DNA of 64,000 bases from Callorhinchus milii (lineage: Eukaryota), in NCBI RefSeq assembly GCF_018977255.1, contig NW_024704743.1, forward strand, positions 42,782,001-42,846,000. The letters run 5' to 3'. The stretch's first letter is position 1. Each line of letters begins with the position of its first letter. The position numbers and the translations under genes are program-made. Positions 40,426 to 53,604 of this stretch are shown piece after piece. The notes under the pieces were generated by a model, which was given only the letters and a program-made list of their open reading frames with translations, made no database searches and was not told the DNA's origin.

Positions 40426-43400
40426 CAACGATGGGGATGGGGGCAGAGAGCGGAGGGTGGGGCGTTCACACCCACTAGCTAGTCGATACTTAGCGAATGG
40501 TTTGATTGCAAATTTTGACACTGTGATAACATCACACGTTCCGTGTCACATTTTCCACCCCTTGTTTATTCACCCACTGCAGTTGTAAAATAAAATCCTG
40601 ATTAAAACCAAGCTTTATAAACAGAATATATTACAGAGGGGGGAATTGAATTCCTATGTGTAAATCAGAACATAACCCACTTTGAGACATCCTCCCCTCA
40701 TGAAAGACACTATAAAACCCAGATCGTATTTTATTTTAAAACAGCAAATATACACAAACTCAAATGATCATTAAATTCTTTCATTAAAATACTACTAAAA
40801 TACTCTGAAAGGTTTCGAAACAGAATATATTACAGAAGGGTTGGGGGAGATTAATTCCTACTTGTTAAACAGACTATAACTCGCTCATAACTAAAACATA
40901 ATGATCGGAATTCACTGCATTCCACAGGGCATCTTCTAAACACTAAACAGAAATATTCATTTATCTGAAGGATTCGTTTAAGCGTAGTCAACTGTCCCCA
41001 AGACAAGCGATAACTTGTACCATTCGATTTGATCTTAATCCTTAAGCCACCTGAAAACAGCGTGGCATTCAGAGAGTTAACTGCTTGCTTCATTAACGCC
41101 AGAAAGAGAAAGTGCAATTTTTCACCCAGCTCTCTCTGTGAAGCACAGCATGGGCTGCGTCTCAAGCCCTGATGTCTGTGGATTCACCCCTCATCCCCTA
41201 CCCCCCGCATTGCCAGTGAAGGTACCATGCTAAACCGCAGGATGCCAGCTGGACACTAATTACATTCAGTTTGTGTGCTCGAAGACAGTTCCCTGGGGAG
41301 AGATGGTGCAATTCTTGGCACCAATTGGCTAATTCAATTTACTTCAACTGCATTAGCCCTTGTCAGAATATTCATGAAGTGGAGAATGAGTACCAGTGGC
41401 ACTGAGGGAGACAAGCCAGTGAGAAGGAAAGAGAAAGTCCAGACTTCGGCAAACCAAAGAGAAGAAGGAAAAGTTTCTCCTCAGCGTTCCTTTCTTAAGG
41501 AAAAAAATATTAATTGTAGTCTCAGAAGAAGCTGGTAATAATCAGATGCATCTTCTTCAGTGGGACTTAGCTGAGGTTTCTATTTATTGAACTGCAAGAG
41601 CCAGTGAAGCTGAAGCAGGTTCTGAGGTGTGAAAACCAACAGACTGATATTGACTTGTGAAGGTAATGCTGGCTTTTTACTACTTTGTTAACACATTTTA
41701 CTGTTAGATTTGACAAGTAAATCAAACCCTTTTGTTAATTGTGAAATATGAACCTAATGAACTGCTGCAACGCTGCAGCTAGAACAATATGTGTAAAGGA
41801 CAGCCTGCTGTAATTTGGTTAACACAGAGAGAGAGTCTGTTTTCCTGTTGAAGGCTATCTGACTGCCTGTCATCTCTCAGTATGGATGTCACGTACTGAG
41901 GCGCCCTTACTTGTTGCCTGACTATTGTAAGCAAACTTCAATTATTATTAATTAGTGGTCTTCTGACGGCATCATTCTTCAAAACAAATTAAGGAGCTGT
42001 AGTGCAAGGGCACTGTCTTTGAGGATAATTTAGAATCAGCATTCCTGTGATAGGCAATGAAACTCTGCAAGGCAAGGTTTTAGAGAGAGATTGACTATCA
42101 GTGTGTGAGTACATAGTAAGCCAGGCAGCTGACACCAACAGAAGCCAAAGGCGACTTTTATTCTTATTTCTCTTCCTTTGAGAATGGAGTTCCTGCCAAC
42201 AACTGTATTTCTCAACTGGATAAAGATTTCACTGTGGTAGCGTGTGACTAGAATGATTCAGTCAGTAATTCGAACAACTACAAAACCCAGTACATAAGTG
42301 ATGTGCTGTGGGCTTTTGTGTTATCTGAAGTTGCAGTAAAAACTAGCTCCCGGAAGAAAATTGCTCTTAATGTCTGAGCAGGGAGCAATACTATTCAGAA
42401 CATCTCATTACTTAGACAATTACCAGTTTAAATTACGTTCAGTCACTTTGGGTCTTTGTTGACTATTTCAATGTATGAACCTTTAAATGTAAATGAAGTT
42501 TGATTATTTTTGTCTCCCTTTCTCTGCGTACAGTGCATCAGTCAGTGACCACTGACCTTAATTCATCTCCTCACATTCCTGAGCACTTGTGAGACCCCAT
42601 GCCTTTTTATTTAGAGAATGTTTGCCTATTTCTTTTTACTAGTAAAAATAAGCTATATTTATATGTGAATTCTCATTGAATGAAAAGGAGCAGAACATGC
42701 CTGTGTTTCATGTGTCAGTGAAGCATACCTGTGTTTTACAACATGTCTTTCAACTGTTAATAGAAAGATCAATTCTAACCAGGTCAGTACATACCAAGAT
42801 TCAGGGGATAGAAATCAAATAGCTCTGATTCTAAGTGGTTGTTATAGCAGATTCATTGGTTTCCTTTGAGTGAGGTGAGGAACAGACTGTTAAAATGTTG
42901 GAGCGCATCTGTGAAAAATAAATATGTTGTGCTCTTTTGGTTCCCTCGTGGCATTTGAACAGGCCAGCAATGCAGTCGACTCAAAGGTTATAAAAATCAC
43001 TCTTCCACTCATGTATTTTGGGATCAGCCGAGGATCTGACACACCCAGAAACCCAACTTAGTGCTAAAGAGTTTCCAAACCAAACTACTCAACGTTTCAC
43101 AAATAAATTTCCATTTAGATGCACAAACTAGTCAGTGGTAACTGACCATTCTGCAGCCTCTGTTCCTGCTATTAAATGTAATCTGACTCACAGCTCCTTT
43201 TTGCCCATTTTATATGAGTGGAAATTTCTATGGGATGAGATGGGATTATGCATTTTACGGTGGAGACCATCTTCTCTTTGACTACTGTATTCTCAAACAC
43301 TAATGAAATTACACTTCACTGTAAATAATTTCTTAAATGACATTAAGGGACTTTGGACACTGGTTCCACACTGCATTTGTTATTGGTACTTTGCATAGTT

Positions 43401-43820
43401 CATTAAATGATCTTAAGACCACTTTTTTTAAAAAGAGAGGAATTTTGAACCCTTTGTGTATTTTGAAACCTGCAAATCACTGACAGCGGATTAGTTGAAT
43501 CTAATTTGAAACGTACGTTTGAAGAAAATTCATCTTACTTCATTCCATTGGGATTGTGTAATTCCAATTGTAGGTATTTGCATTTCCAACATGTATATGT
43601 GCATCCAACACATTAGACAACCCACTTGTCATTCCAGTGAGGACATAATTTGGCAAAATGACCAGAGAAAATTATAGCTTTGCTGTAAACGAAGCTATCA
43701 TTTGCCTGAAAACATTTTCACTGTTATTACCTTAACCATGGAAAAAGCTTCTTGCATTTTATTTTAGTTTCTTTTACAATAAGTATACACATTAAAATGA
43801 TGATTCCTGTAGCTCAGTGT

Positions 43821-44140
43821 GGAGTCCTGTAGCTCAGTGGTTAGAGCATTCGCCTTGCAAGCGAGACACCTGGGTTCAATTCCAGGCAGGGCGAAACCTT
43901 GAGCAAGTTTCCTTACTCCACAAGCCTAATAATAATAATCCCTCCAAGACAAAACAATAATAAATTGGTCATTTTCAATCCACGACTGTTAGTGGGACAC
44001 TGATGTGCGCAATTGGCTGCCGCGTTTCGCCCACAAATATACAGTAAATTCACTTTACAGCATATTCTGTGAAGCCCTTTGAGATGTCTAGAAGACGTGA
44101 AAAGCGCTATATCAAACGCAAGGATTATTATTATTATTAT
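43821..44140 (+). mobile_element. tRNA-Ala SINE, short form, full length
   Basis: Head folds as a cloverleaf (D stem GCTC/GAGC, anticodon stem TCGC/GCGA with loop CTTGCAA); (ATT)n tail. Confidence 0.92.
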
Positions 44141-44348
44141 GATTCTCTTCTCATGTAACTTAGCAAATGAAAAAATCTCTTCAGTTACAAAGGTCAAAAC
44201 AAAGACTGCCCACAAGTATTAGAAATATATGTAAATGCTGCACTGTAAGTAACCCTGTCAGTCGATCAACCCATCACTATTCACAGCAATCCCTGAGGAC
44301 AAAGAACACACTTAATGTCACTTAATGACACTTAATGTCATCTAAGTG

Positions 44349-44752
44349 TGTCAGCCTGACTCAGTGGTAAAACTCTTGCCTCTGAGTCAGAAAGGTATGG
44401 GTTCAAACCCCACATCAGGACTTGGAATCACGTAGTCTAAGACTAAGTTGACACACTAATGCACTGCTAGAGATGTGCTCCATGTGGAAGTGCTGTCTTT
44501 TAGATGAGGTGCCATCTGTCTGCCTGTTCAAGTGGATGTTAAAGATCCCCTGACATTATTCATTAAGAAACCTGAGTTTCTCCCGGTGTCTTGACCAACA
44601 AATCCTCAAAATGAAAATTAGTCACGCACACCATGGCTATTTGCGTGACATTTCTGCGCGCAAGTTGGTTGTCGATTGCCACAAAATAAACTGTCAATCC
44701 ACTTTACAGTATTGTCCGCTTTGAGACATTTTGACGACATGAAAAGGCGCTA
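44349..44752 (+). mobile_element. DeuSINE, near full length
   Basis: CTCTTGCCTCTGAGTCAGAA..GGTTCAAACCCCAC head; GTTAAAGATCCC and CTCCCGGTGTCTTGACCAA core. Confidence 0.85.
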
Positions 44753-44754
44753 GC

Positions 44755-45065
44755 TTTGCAAGCAAAGACCTGGGTTCGATTCCCGGCAGGGCGAACCCTT
44801 GGGCAAGTTTCCTTACTCCACTCGCCTGATAATAATCCCTCAAAAAAAAATTGGTCATTTCAATCCACGACTGTTTGTGGGACACTGCTGTGCGCAATTG
44901 GCTGCCACATTTCGCCCACAAATATACAGTCAATTCACTTTACAGTCTATTCTGTGAAGGGCTTTGAGACATCTAGAAGACGTGAAAAGCGCTGTGTCAA
45001 ATGCAAGAGTTATTATTATGCAAGGATTATTACTATTATTTATTATTCTAACTTGGATTATTATT
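44755..45065 (+). mobile_element. tRNA-Ala SINE, short form, truncated at the anticodon arm
   Basis: Begins TTGCAAGC..CTGGGTTCGATTCCCGGC; partly duplicated tail. Confidence 0.88.
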
Positions 45066-46131
45066 ATAAAGGGAAATTATAAATGAACATTTCACTCAGC
45101 GCAGCTCAATTGCACAAAATTCACAGTCACATTACTATACAGTATAACCTGTGAATCACTTTGAGACCTCGCAACAAAGTGATGAAGCGTTACATCAAAT
45201 GCAAGAATTTTTAGGGATTACAAATTAGACAAGCAATGTTTGTTCTGGGATTTGTATGTTGAATCTCAATCAGTTTTTTTTTGACTCAGTATCTTTGACC
45301 AATCTATAACGATTATTAATCTGCACCTTTGACCCAGTCCCCAATCAAGACTCTTCCCATTCCTCAGTCGCACTAAGTCCTCTCCCAATAGAAGACGTGA
45401 GACAAGCCTCAGGCTCAATCTTTTTGACTCTCGGCAAGGCACTCTAACCACTGCTAGCTTCTTTCTTTTAACTTGATTCCTCAGACTACAGACACTGCTA
45501 GGAAGGCCTAACGAGAAAGGAGAAAAAATCCTTTTACTCCTCACTCATCAGTGTCTGACTCCTAACAAATCCCAGCACGTTTATACTTCCTGTCGCCCTA
45601 GGTAGCCTAGCGTCTTTCTTGTATTGGTGACCATAATTGACAGCAGTAATATAACTGGTGTATCTGAAGATTGAACGTCTCACCCTGTTTTCTTACATGA
45701 ATACTATAATAATAAAAAATGTACCTCTTTGACCACGCTTTTGGTCATCTTTCTTCTCCCCACCATCTCAGGCCCCTCCCCGGCCTGGGTGTCCAGTCAG
45801 CATTGTCAAGCACTTTGAAATGGCTTCCCAATGTGAAAGATGCTGTATAAATGTAAAATTGTAGTGTAATAATAATAAACCATGCATTTCACGTAATGCT
45901 TAAAATGTCAAAATGTCTTAAAGTGTTTCATAGGAAATAATTGCTAAATCCAAGTCATTTTTATTTTCACTAATAAACATACAGTACTTTTTCGGTGCAA
46001 ATCAATCAGTAAAATCAATTTTCTCTGGAAAAATAATTAATTCTTTAACTTTTTGTTTGTATTTGGTTTCTGGAGTACATGTGCATTATAGTCTGACTGA
46101 TTGATGTGAAAATCCGTGTTCACAGAGCAGC

Positions 46132-46572
46132 TGGAAGAACTCCGGGTTTTTATTTTGTTGATTAAGAAAACAATTTTAATGATCATCATACAGAGAGAGA
46201 CACCACACTGATAGTTATAAAGATTGATGTCTGTGCCACATGTGTGGTGCAATGGTCTATCAATCTGTACTGTTCAGTGGTAGGACACAGCATTGGATGT
46301 GCACCCTGGACAATTGGGGGAGCACTGTGCAGAAGCCAGCCACTTGCCCACAGAGAGGAGAGGCAAATAGACTGGGTAAACATCAATGCTATCTCATGCA
46401 GGCAAGCTAAGCACACAGCATATCCCGGTGCCCAGAAAACAATTGCAGAGCCAGCACAACGCAACATTTAGTTTCCTGCCACCAGAGGCAAAGAAAAAAG
46501 CACAATTCCAAATATGTCACCAGGGCCTCTAATAGAATTGTGGCACCCAAAAAAAACCCCGGAGTTCTTCCA
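46132..46572. mobile_element. Candidate TIR-bounded non-autonomous element
   Basis: TGGAAGAACTCCGGG(T-rich) at left, inverted (A-rich)CCCGGAGTTCTTCCA at right; no clear TSD. Confidence 0.55.
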
Positions 46573-48859
46573 CGACCTCATTAGAATCAGTTACAAAATG
46601 GCACCAGGAAAGACCTGGCAATAGTTGCTACCGGTCATCTAAGCCGGGAATTCTGCAGTGTGTGGTGCAGAGTGTAGGGAAGGTGTGAAAACTTGATAGA
46701 TAAAAGAGGATTGAAACAAAAGTTAAAGATCCATTACCAGTAACCTTCACACTGTGCAGATGATACCAATTCCATCTTCACTGAAGTGAAGAAAATTTCT
46801 ATTACTTGTGACGATTGAAATGCTTGCTTTCATTTTTACAGGATAAAAAACAATAACAGAAAAATCTATTAACAGTTTGTTTAGTCATGAAGTATAGCAT
46901 GCTGTGGTAATAAAATGAACACATGGTCAAACATACTGCAATCTGCTTTTAATTTCATCTGAGAGACAAACTACAGAGTTCCTCATCAGATCACAGAATC
47001 CCACAATCCATGGAGAAAGGCAAGCAGTACAATTGGATGCATCCTCTAATTCATCTTGAACTCATTGATCTACTTACTTGTTGAAGCAATATCAAATGAT
47101 GCCTGGAGTTCAAGGTTTTGAAATCTTGAACAATATCAAACAATGCCTGGAGTTCAAGGTTTCGCCCACAAAATATACAGTCAATTCACTTTACAGTGTA
47201 TTCTGTGAAGTGCTTTGAGATGTCCCGAAGACATGATAAGGTGCTACATCAAGTGCAAGGATTATTATTATTGTTATTATTTTTAGAAGACGATGGTTTT
47301 ATTCCAACCAAACCACTTGTTAGCTAAATAATTTATGTGTAAGTTAACTATCCGGGTGGCCAGCGTGTTGAATTACTTAATATCGCTTGGTATATTTAAC
47401 GTAAAGATTGCTTCCTAACAATGGCTCCCTATAGACCAGGGCCTCGGATGTGATTTATGTCTCTGAGATGAAGTCCTGTTCAGTAAAAGGCTTCAGATTC
47501 AGATATGATTCTGCTTGGGATGCTTTCCCATGGGAAGTCACATTAGTTTCAGTGAGATGAATTGGACAACTCAGTCAGGCTTCACTCGTCAAAACTCTCA
47601 TCGTCATTCTTTACATTCTGGACTTCAGATTCCACTTCCCCTAATTCTGAAATTCAATCCCAGATGTATGCAATACTATTGATCAAGAACCCTTTGAGGA
47701 TGACTCTTCGCCGCAGCACTGACTGAAATGAATGGCAAACAAGTGGTGACATGTCTACTCATTGGAAGTACATTTAACTTGACAGTGTGTTTTCTCTCTT
47801 TATTTCTCAAGTTCAATGAGGTTGGTATGGTTGCATTATAAAGTTTTCCTTTGTAGACGTTTTGCTGTTTAGTGCAGGAAAGATAGCTGTTCTAGTTTAT
47901 GCAGTGAGCATTTTCTGTTTTATCCATATATGGAATTAAATTCAACAACCCCCAGCACTGCATTGGAATGTCAGCTATGTGAGTTCAAGTTCCAGCATGG
48001 GATTCGAACGCACTACCTTTGACTCAGAGGTGAGAGTGCTACCACTGAGCCAAGCTGACACACAAATGAAGAAGAGAAACTCAAAGAAGGTGCCAGGAGG
48101 CACCCACTGAACTATACCCCAGCAATAATAAGCAATTGTACTAGAGAGGAGGGGAGAAAATAATTATTCAAAAAGACTATCTCATGGGTTTTATTCCAAA
48201 GGCTGAATCGTGCAAAGATCAGTATAATACAACAATTATCATTTTCATTAAGGGATCCATTACGCTCTGAATTTTATGACATTTCCCATCAGTCATTAAG
48301 TTGCAGATTTACTTTATCTTTTCACTTTGGAAAGACTGCACAGCAGCAGAAAATGGAATTATTGACTTCCTGCAACAGCGTCATTTAAAATAAGAGAACT
48401 CCTTATTCCTTTGCCTTGAATTAAAACACCATTTTATTTGAAATCTATACTGTACATGGTGCAGTCATTTACTTGAGCCTAGGGTCAGATTAAAAACGTC
48501 TTACATCCTGCAAGAGGACATTTAATACAAAAAAAAGTTATCTTTATGTTGGAGGACATGTTTAGCTAAAATAAGCAATTCTACCTCTTTTTATAAACCT
48601 CTTTTTATGGACTTAACATCTTTCTCTGGTCTCTGCTTTTTGATCTTTGATTCTACTAGTGTGTGATGTCCTGTTAGCACAGCCTAACTAAATCACTTCG
48701 ATTCATTGGGGTGAAATAAAAATATTATGTGACTGGTTATGTTAAGCAGCAATCCCAGATGGGTACTGAGTAAATGGCTCATGACTATAGAATTGTCTAT
48801 AATGCTTTAATGGGCAGCAGTCCAAACATATTGGATTCTATAGTGACCAAATAAATAAA

Positions 48860-49243
48860 TAATAAATAATCCTTATGTTTGATATAGTACCTTTCACATT
48901 GGGAGGACATCTCAAAGAGTTTCACAAGATTTCGTATAAAATGTATTTTGGAGGAAAACACAGCAACTAATTTACATGCAGCAGTGTCCCACAAACAGCC
49001 ATGAAGTGAATGACCAATATTTGGTGGGGGATTATTGGCCAGGACACTGGGAGAAATTCCCTTTTCTTTTCAGATTGTGCAATGGGATCTTTAACATCCA
49101 TCTGCACAGGTAGATAGGATCTCGGCTTAACCTCTCAAACAAAGGATGTCACCCCCATCAATGCATTGGAGTGGCAGTCAAGACTTTGAGTTCAAAGTTC
49201 CAACATGGGTCTTGAACCTACAACCTTCTAATTCAGAGGTGAG
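48860..49243 (-). mobile_element. DeuSINE, near full length
   Basis: TTGGCCAGGACACTGGGAGAA and ATGGGATCTTTAACATCCA core; head region. Confidence 0.85.
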
Positions 49244-49262
49244 ATCTCGAGAGAACAATCAT

Positions 49263-49634
49263 GGAGTACTGTAGTGTTTTGGTTAGAGCACTCGCCTCGC
49301 AAGTGAGAGGTCCCGGATTCAATTCCCAGAGGGGGGTGCGAAACGTTAGAAACTCCACACACCTCTGTTTACCTAACAGTAAGTGGGAACCCAGTTGTTA
49401 GTCGATTGGTGGATCAATTTTCCATGAGTAATAATCCCTTAAAAAATAATAATGCTATGGTCACTCAATCTGCGACTGTTTGTGGGACACTGTTGTGCGC
49501 AATTGGCTTTTTAATGGCTTTTTACCCACAAAGTATACAGTCAATTCACTTTACAATATAAGGCACTATATCAAATGCAAGGATATTATTATTAGGCGCC
49601 ATATCAAACGCAAGAATATTATTATTATTATTAT
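49263..49634 (+). mobile_element. tRNA-Ala SINE, long form, duplicated tail
   Basis: CCTCTGTTTACCTAACAGTAAG segment; two ATATCAAA.GCAAG..TATT tails. Confidence 0.85.
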
Positions 49635-49644
49635 ATTTTTAACT

Positions 49645-49985
49645 AGATTTAACTTCATATCTGAAGGACGGCAACAAATAACAACAACAACAAATTACAT
49701 TTGTTTAGCGCCTTTCACATCAGGATGACATCCCAAAGCGCTGGACGGTCAGGAATCCGCAGCTGAGCTGGTGGTTGGGATCAAGAGGGGGTGGGAGGGT
49801 AGGGAGGGGAGGGTTAGGAGGATGACCGAAGGCACGGTCGAAGAGGAGGGTCTTGAGATGGGTCTTGAAGGAGGCAAGGAAGGGGGTGAGGCAGGGCACA
49901 CCAACGATGCAGCACACTCAATATTGGAATGTCAGCCTAGACTATGGGTTCAAAGTTCTGACATGGGGCTTGAACCCACCTCCTT
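49645..49985 (-). mobile_element. DeuSINE fragment split by an L2 type A 3' end (49674-49894)
   Basis: Deu GAAGGACGGCA | L2 | GGCACACCAAC..; GGCA duplicated at 49670-49673 and 49895-49898. Confidence 0.75.
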
Positions 49986-50744
49986 GGATAGCTATACTTG
50001 GATAAATGAAGCTTTTTGCTCTAAAGCTAGGTAAAGTATTTTAAGCAGAGTATACTCCCTCTAGATATTCTTCTCCTATAATCTGATTCAATGTTCATGC
50101 CCTGAGCAAAACATAATTCAAATTGATCTTTATTATTTTGTTTAAAAATTGCTGTTTGTTTTAACAATGTGCATGCACCTTAGGCAAAAAAAAGTTTAAT
50201 TGATCTTATTTTTAAATAAATTTTGAAACCTACCCTTGAGGTGATCTCAAATAAATTGGCTCAAAATGATGTTTCAAAGAGTGCATTGAATTTCAAAACC
50301 TCAGTCAGCTTCTGGAAAGAAGAAAGGAGAAATGTGAGATTGCTTTGTGTCTGTGATATATGTGCAATGATGGTTTCACACCCCCTTCATAGCATAGCTT
50401 GCTTGGTTGCTGCACTCGTTTTGCTCCATTAGGTTTTACTGAAAAAGTTGTAAGCAGCCCTGCAATAATACCACTAATGATATTTTAGGAAGTACTGATT
50501 GTGAATTTTAAACAGCCATCTCCCGTCATGTTGGATTATGAATGTGCCTTCTTTTAATTTCCAACTAAAGCACACAAGGATATTTGGAGTCCATTTGGGT
50601 CTCTCCACATCAAAAATGGCATGGTAATAGCAGCATTAACGCAGCAGGGGATTGATTGGTGAACCAGTAAAGATCTAGGCTCAAAGTACAGAAAATATAC
50701 GTCAATTCACTTTACAGTATATTCTGTGAAGTGCTTTGAGACGT

Positions 50745-51042
50745 CATCGATTTAAGATAGCTGTTAAAAGAAACAGAGGGGAGGTTTGGTTAAGTAAAAT
50801 GTTTTTCACCCAGCGAGTTGCTCGAATCTGGAATGAATTATCTGAAAGAGTAGTGGAAGCTGATTTAATAACTTTTAAGAGAGAAGTAGATGGGTATTTG
50901 GGGAGGATAGGATTGCAAGGCTATGGAGAGAAAGGGGGCCAGGGGGATTGAGTTGGATTGCTGTTTTAGGAGCCAGTGCAGACACGATGGGCCAAATGGT
51001 CTCTTTCTGTGCTGTATGATTCTATGATTCTATGATCCTATG
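50745..51042 (+). mobile_element. CR1 3' end with (ATTCTATG)n tail
   Basis: FFTQRVARIWNELSERVVEA...FKREVD.YL...GLQGYG; canonical CR1 8-mer tail. Confidence 0.92.
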
Positions 51043-53297
51043 TGATAATGCGCTATATCAAATGTAAGGATTATTATTAAAATACATGGCCCCCAGTCTT
51101 GGGGATGTTCCATAGAAAGCACCTGAATGACTAAGAAAATCTTAGCAAGTGACTCTCTGAAGAATTTTCTATGTCTCCTGGCATGGGATGGATGCTCTAA
51201 TAAAACCTCCACTTGAAAACTTCCTCTTATATATTGCCTTTCATGGCACTTCAAACCTCTAGGTATTGGGTACCCCATGCATTACTGGTCGATACTGAAC
51301 ACCCAACATAAACTGTTTCGTCACCTTGGAGTTTCTCTGGAATATTTGCAGAAATTATTTTGTTCAGAGATCCTATTGCTAATCCTCTGATAAATGTGTC
51401 TGTTGTTTGCACCTATTGCAATAGATATGTCTAAAAGATAATAATTGTCAGTTTGATTTTAATCTGAGGTTACAGCATCAATAGCATAATAACTACAGTT
51501 CCTCATTTAGACCTCCAATAATACTATAATTAGTTGCCTACTTTCTGGATAATCTTGGCTTGTGTTGTGTAAAACACATTCATTTAAATATATAATGTAA
51601 ATATAATTTTGAATCATGGTTCTGTACTGTATATCTTTTTCTGGATACACAACCAAAACGGCAATGCATTTGAAAAATTGCAAAGAAGCACTTTTTGTAA
51701 TATTTATATTTCAATATTCAAATCAGCTCCAGAATTTTATGAGAGCGTTTAAATTTTGGAAGCAGTGAGCTTTACGAGAGCATTCCTTCATTCACAATAT
51801 CGTAATCGCTCTGGGATGTTAATCTGCATGAGGGGCTCTATATAAATGCAAGTTGTTGTTGTTGTAATCTTTTTCATCTCTCCCACCGCAAATATATTAT
51901 GATTTTCTCTGCAGGACTTACAAGAGTGTTTTTCTATCCCCCTGAAAGACAAGTATTAATCCTCAAAGGCCGATTTATTGCTTTAAAACAAAATTAAAAC
52001 ATAGACAACTGAAATACAAGTAGTCGTTCTTTTGTACTTATGCCTCCAGCCCCCTGAGTGGACAACCTCCAAGATTGCTGCTCAAATATCCATATACTGT
52101 AGCAGTCATCACATTGGTAAGAGCTGCTCAGCTAATACAAGGCTCTAATAAGACACCCAGACTCGTAAAAACAATTATAGGAGAATTCTCAGGCCAGAAA
52201 GGGTTGATCTCTTCATCTGTCGTAACATACTGAACCAGCAGGAAGCTTCCTGCAGGGCTGATGTTGAACCAAATGGCTTAGGGAACTCTCCTATCTGCAT
52301 CCCTAACCATTGTTGTCATTGGCCAAGTAGCAACACGGGGAGGGGGATAATATGCTCCTCAGAGGTTCCTCAGCTGTTACTGGAATCAATATTTTATAGA
52401 ATCTAGCAAAATATCGAATTCCACTTTCTGCCACCCACCAGGAACCCTCTTTTAACAAAAACATTGACTTTACAACTTGCATGTATTACCCTGGGAATGC
52501 TTATTGACATTCCAGCAATGTCCCTTTTGATGTCTGTTTCTGTTACACTCTCTTTAATCAGTTTTACAGAACAAAATTGCCATTTGAATGGTTTATAATG
52601 CAAGAATTAATCAGCACATGTCTATCTTCCAAGAACCATAATTGACATTCATATAAATTAATAGAAAGCAAAGGTGGCCATGAATCTGCAGCAGAATCTG
52701 TATGAAAATAGTTTTTAATTCCCAGAATGTCACATTCAGCAAGTACAGAACCCTGTCGTGCACTCAATCTGAAAGAATAGAAACCTGCAGGTTTGATATT
52801 GTTGGTGTGAGATTGTACCTCAATATGGTGAGGAATGACAATGAGCACAGTAAGTCACACTCTGATAGAGATATGAAGCAGGGTGCCTGTCAAGTACAAT
52901 GGGTTACCAGTGCATTCTGGCTTGCTTTGGGCTCGGCTTCAGACGCTTGAAATTTCTTCTCGTCTTAGCTTTAAAATGCTCGTGGTTGAACTTAAGCTTT
53001 TGCAGAATTTTTTGAAAAATTCTTAAATTCAGCCTCAGTTTGCAAACTGACTTTTACACAACTGAGGGTTGAATTTGCAGGACTTCCAATCAACGTCTGA
53101 GATACTTTTTTGGCCAGCTGGGTATCTAAGTGGAAACTCTTGTCGCTGTACATAGAAAATCTTCCTGGAAGGAAATCAATAAGATTCTTGGGAGGTTAGC
53201 TTCAACACCACCAACCCATCAGTCTATTTGACTTTCAGTTTGCTGTCCTACATTAACAGCAACCATCTATTTTGCACAGTGATTTAGAAATAAATAA

Positions 53298-53604
53298 AAT
53301 AATAATAATCCTTGCATTTGATATAGTGCTTGTCACGTCTTCCAGACGTCTCAAAGCCCTTCACAGAATATATTGTAAAATAAATTGACTATATTTGTGG
53401 GCGAAACATGGCAGCCAATTGCGCACAGCAGTGTCCCACAACAGTCGTGGATTGAAGTGACCAATTTTATTATTTTTTATCTTGAGGGATTATTATCAGG
53501 CTTGTGGAGTAAGGAAACTTTCCCAAGGCTTTGCCCTGCCAGGAATCAAACCCAGTTCTCTCGCTTGCAAGGCGAGTACTTTAACCACTGAGCTATAGGA
53601 CTCC
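53298..53604 (-). mobile_element. tRNA-Ala SINE, short form, full length
   Basis: Head and tail as in 43821-44140. Confidence 0.9.

Noticed and set aside
43821..43895. tRNA-Ala(TGC) gene
   Set aside because: Runs into the SINE body without a terminator and has many diverged copies, so it is a SINE head
46475..46495. CTCF-like sites (also ~18708-18726)
   Set aside because: Mismatches at core positions; cannot be scored without a weight matrix
47580..47646. Acidic terminal exon ELGEVESEVQNVKNDDESFDE* (minus)
   Set aside because: Weak acceptor, and joining to the nearest upstream candidate exon creates a stop
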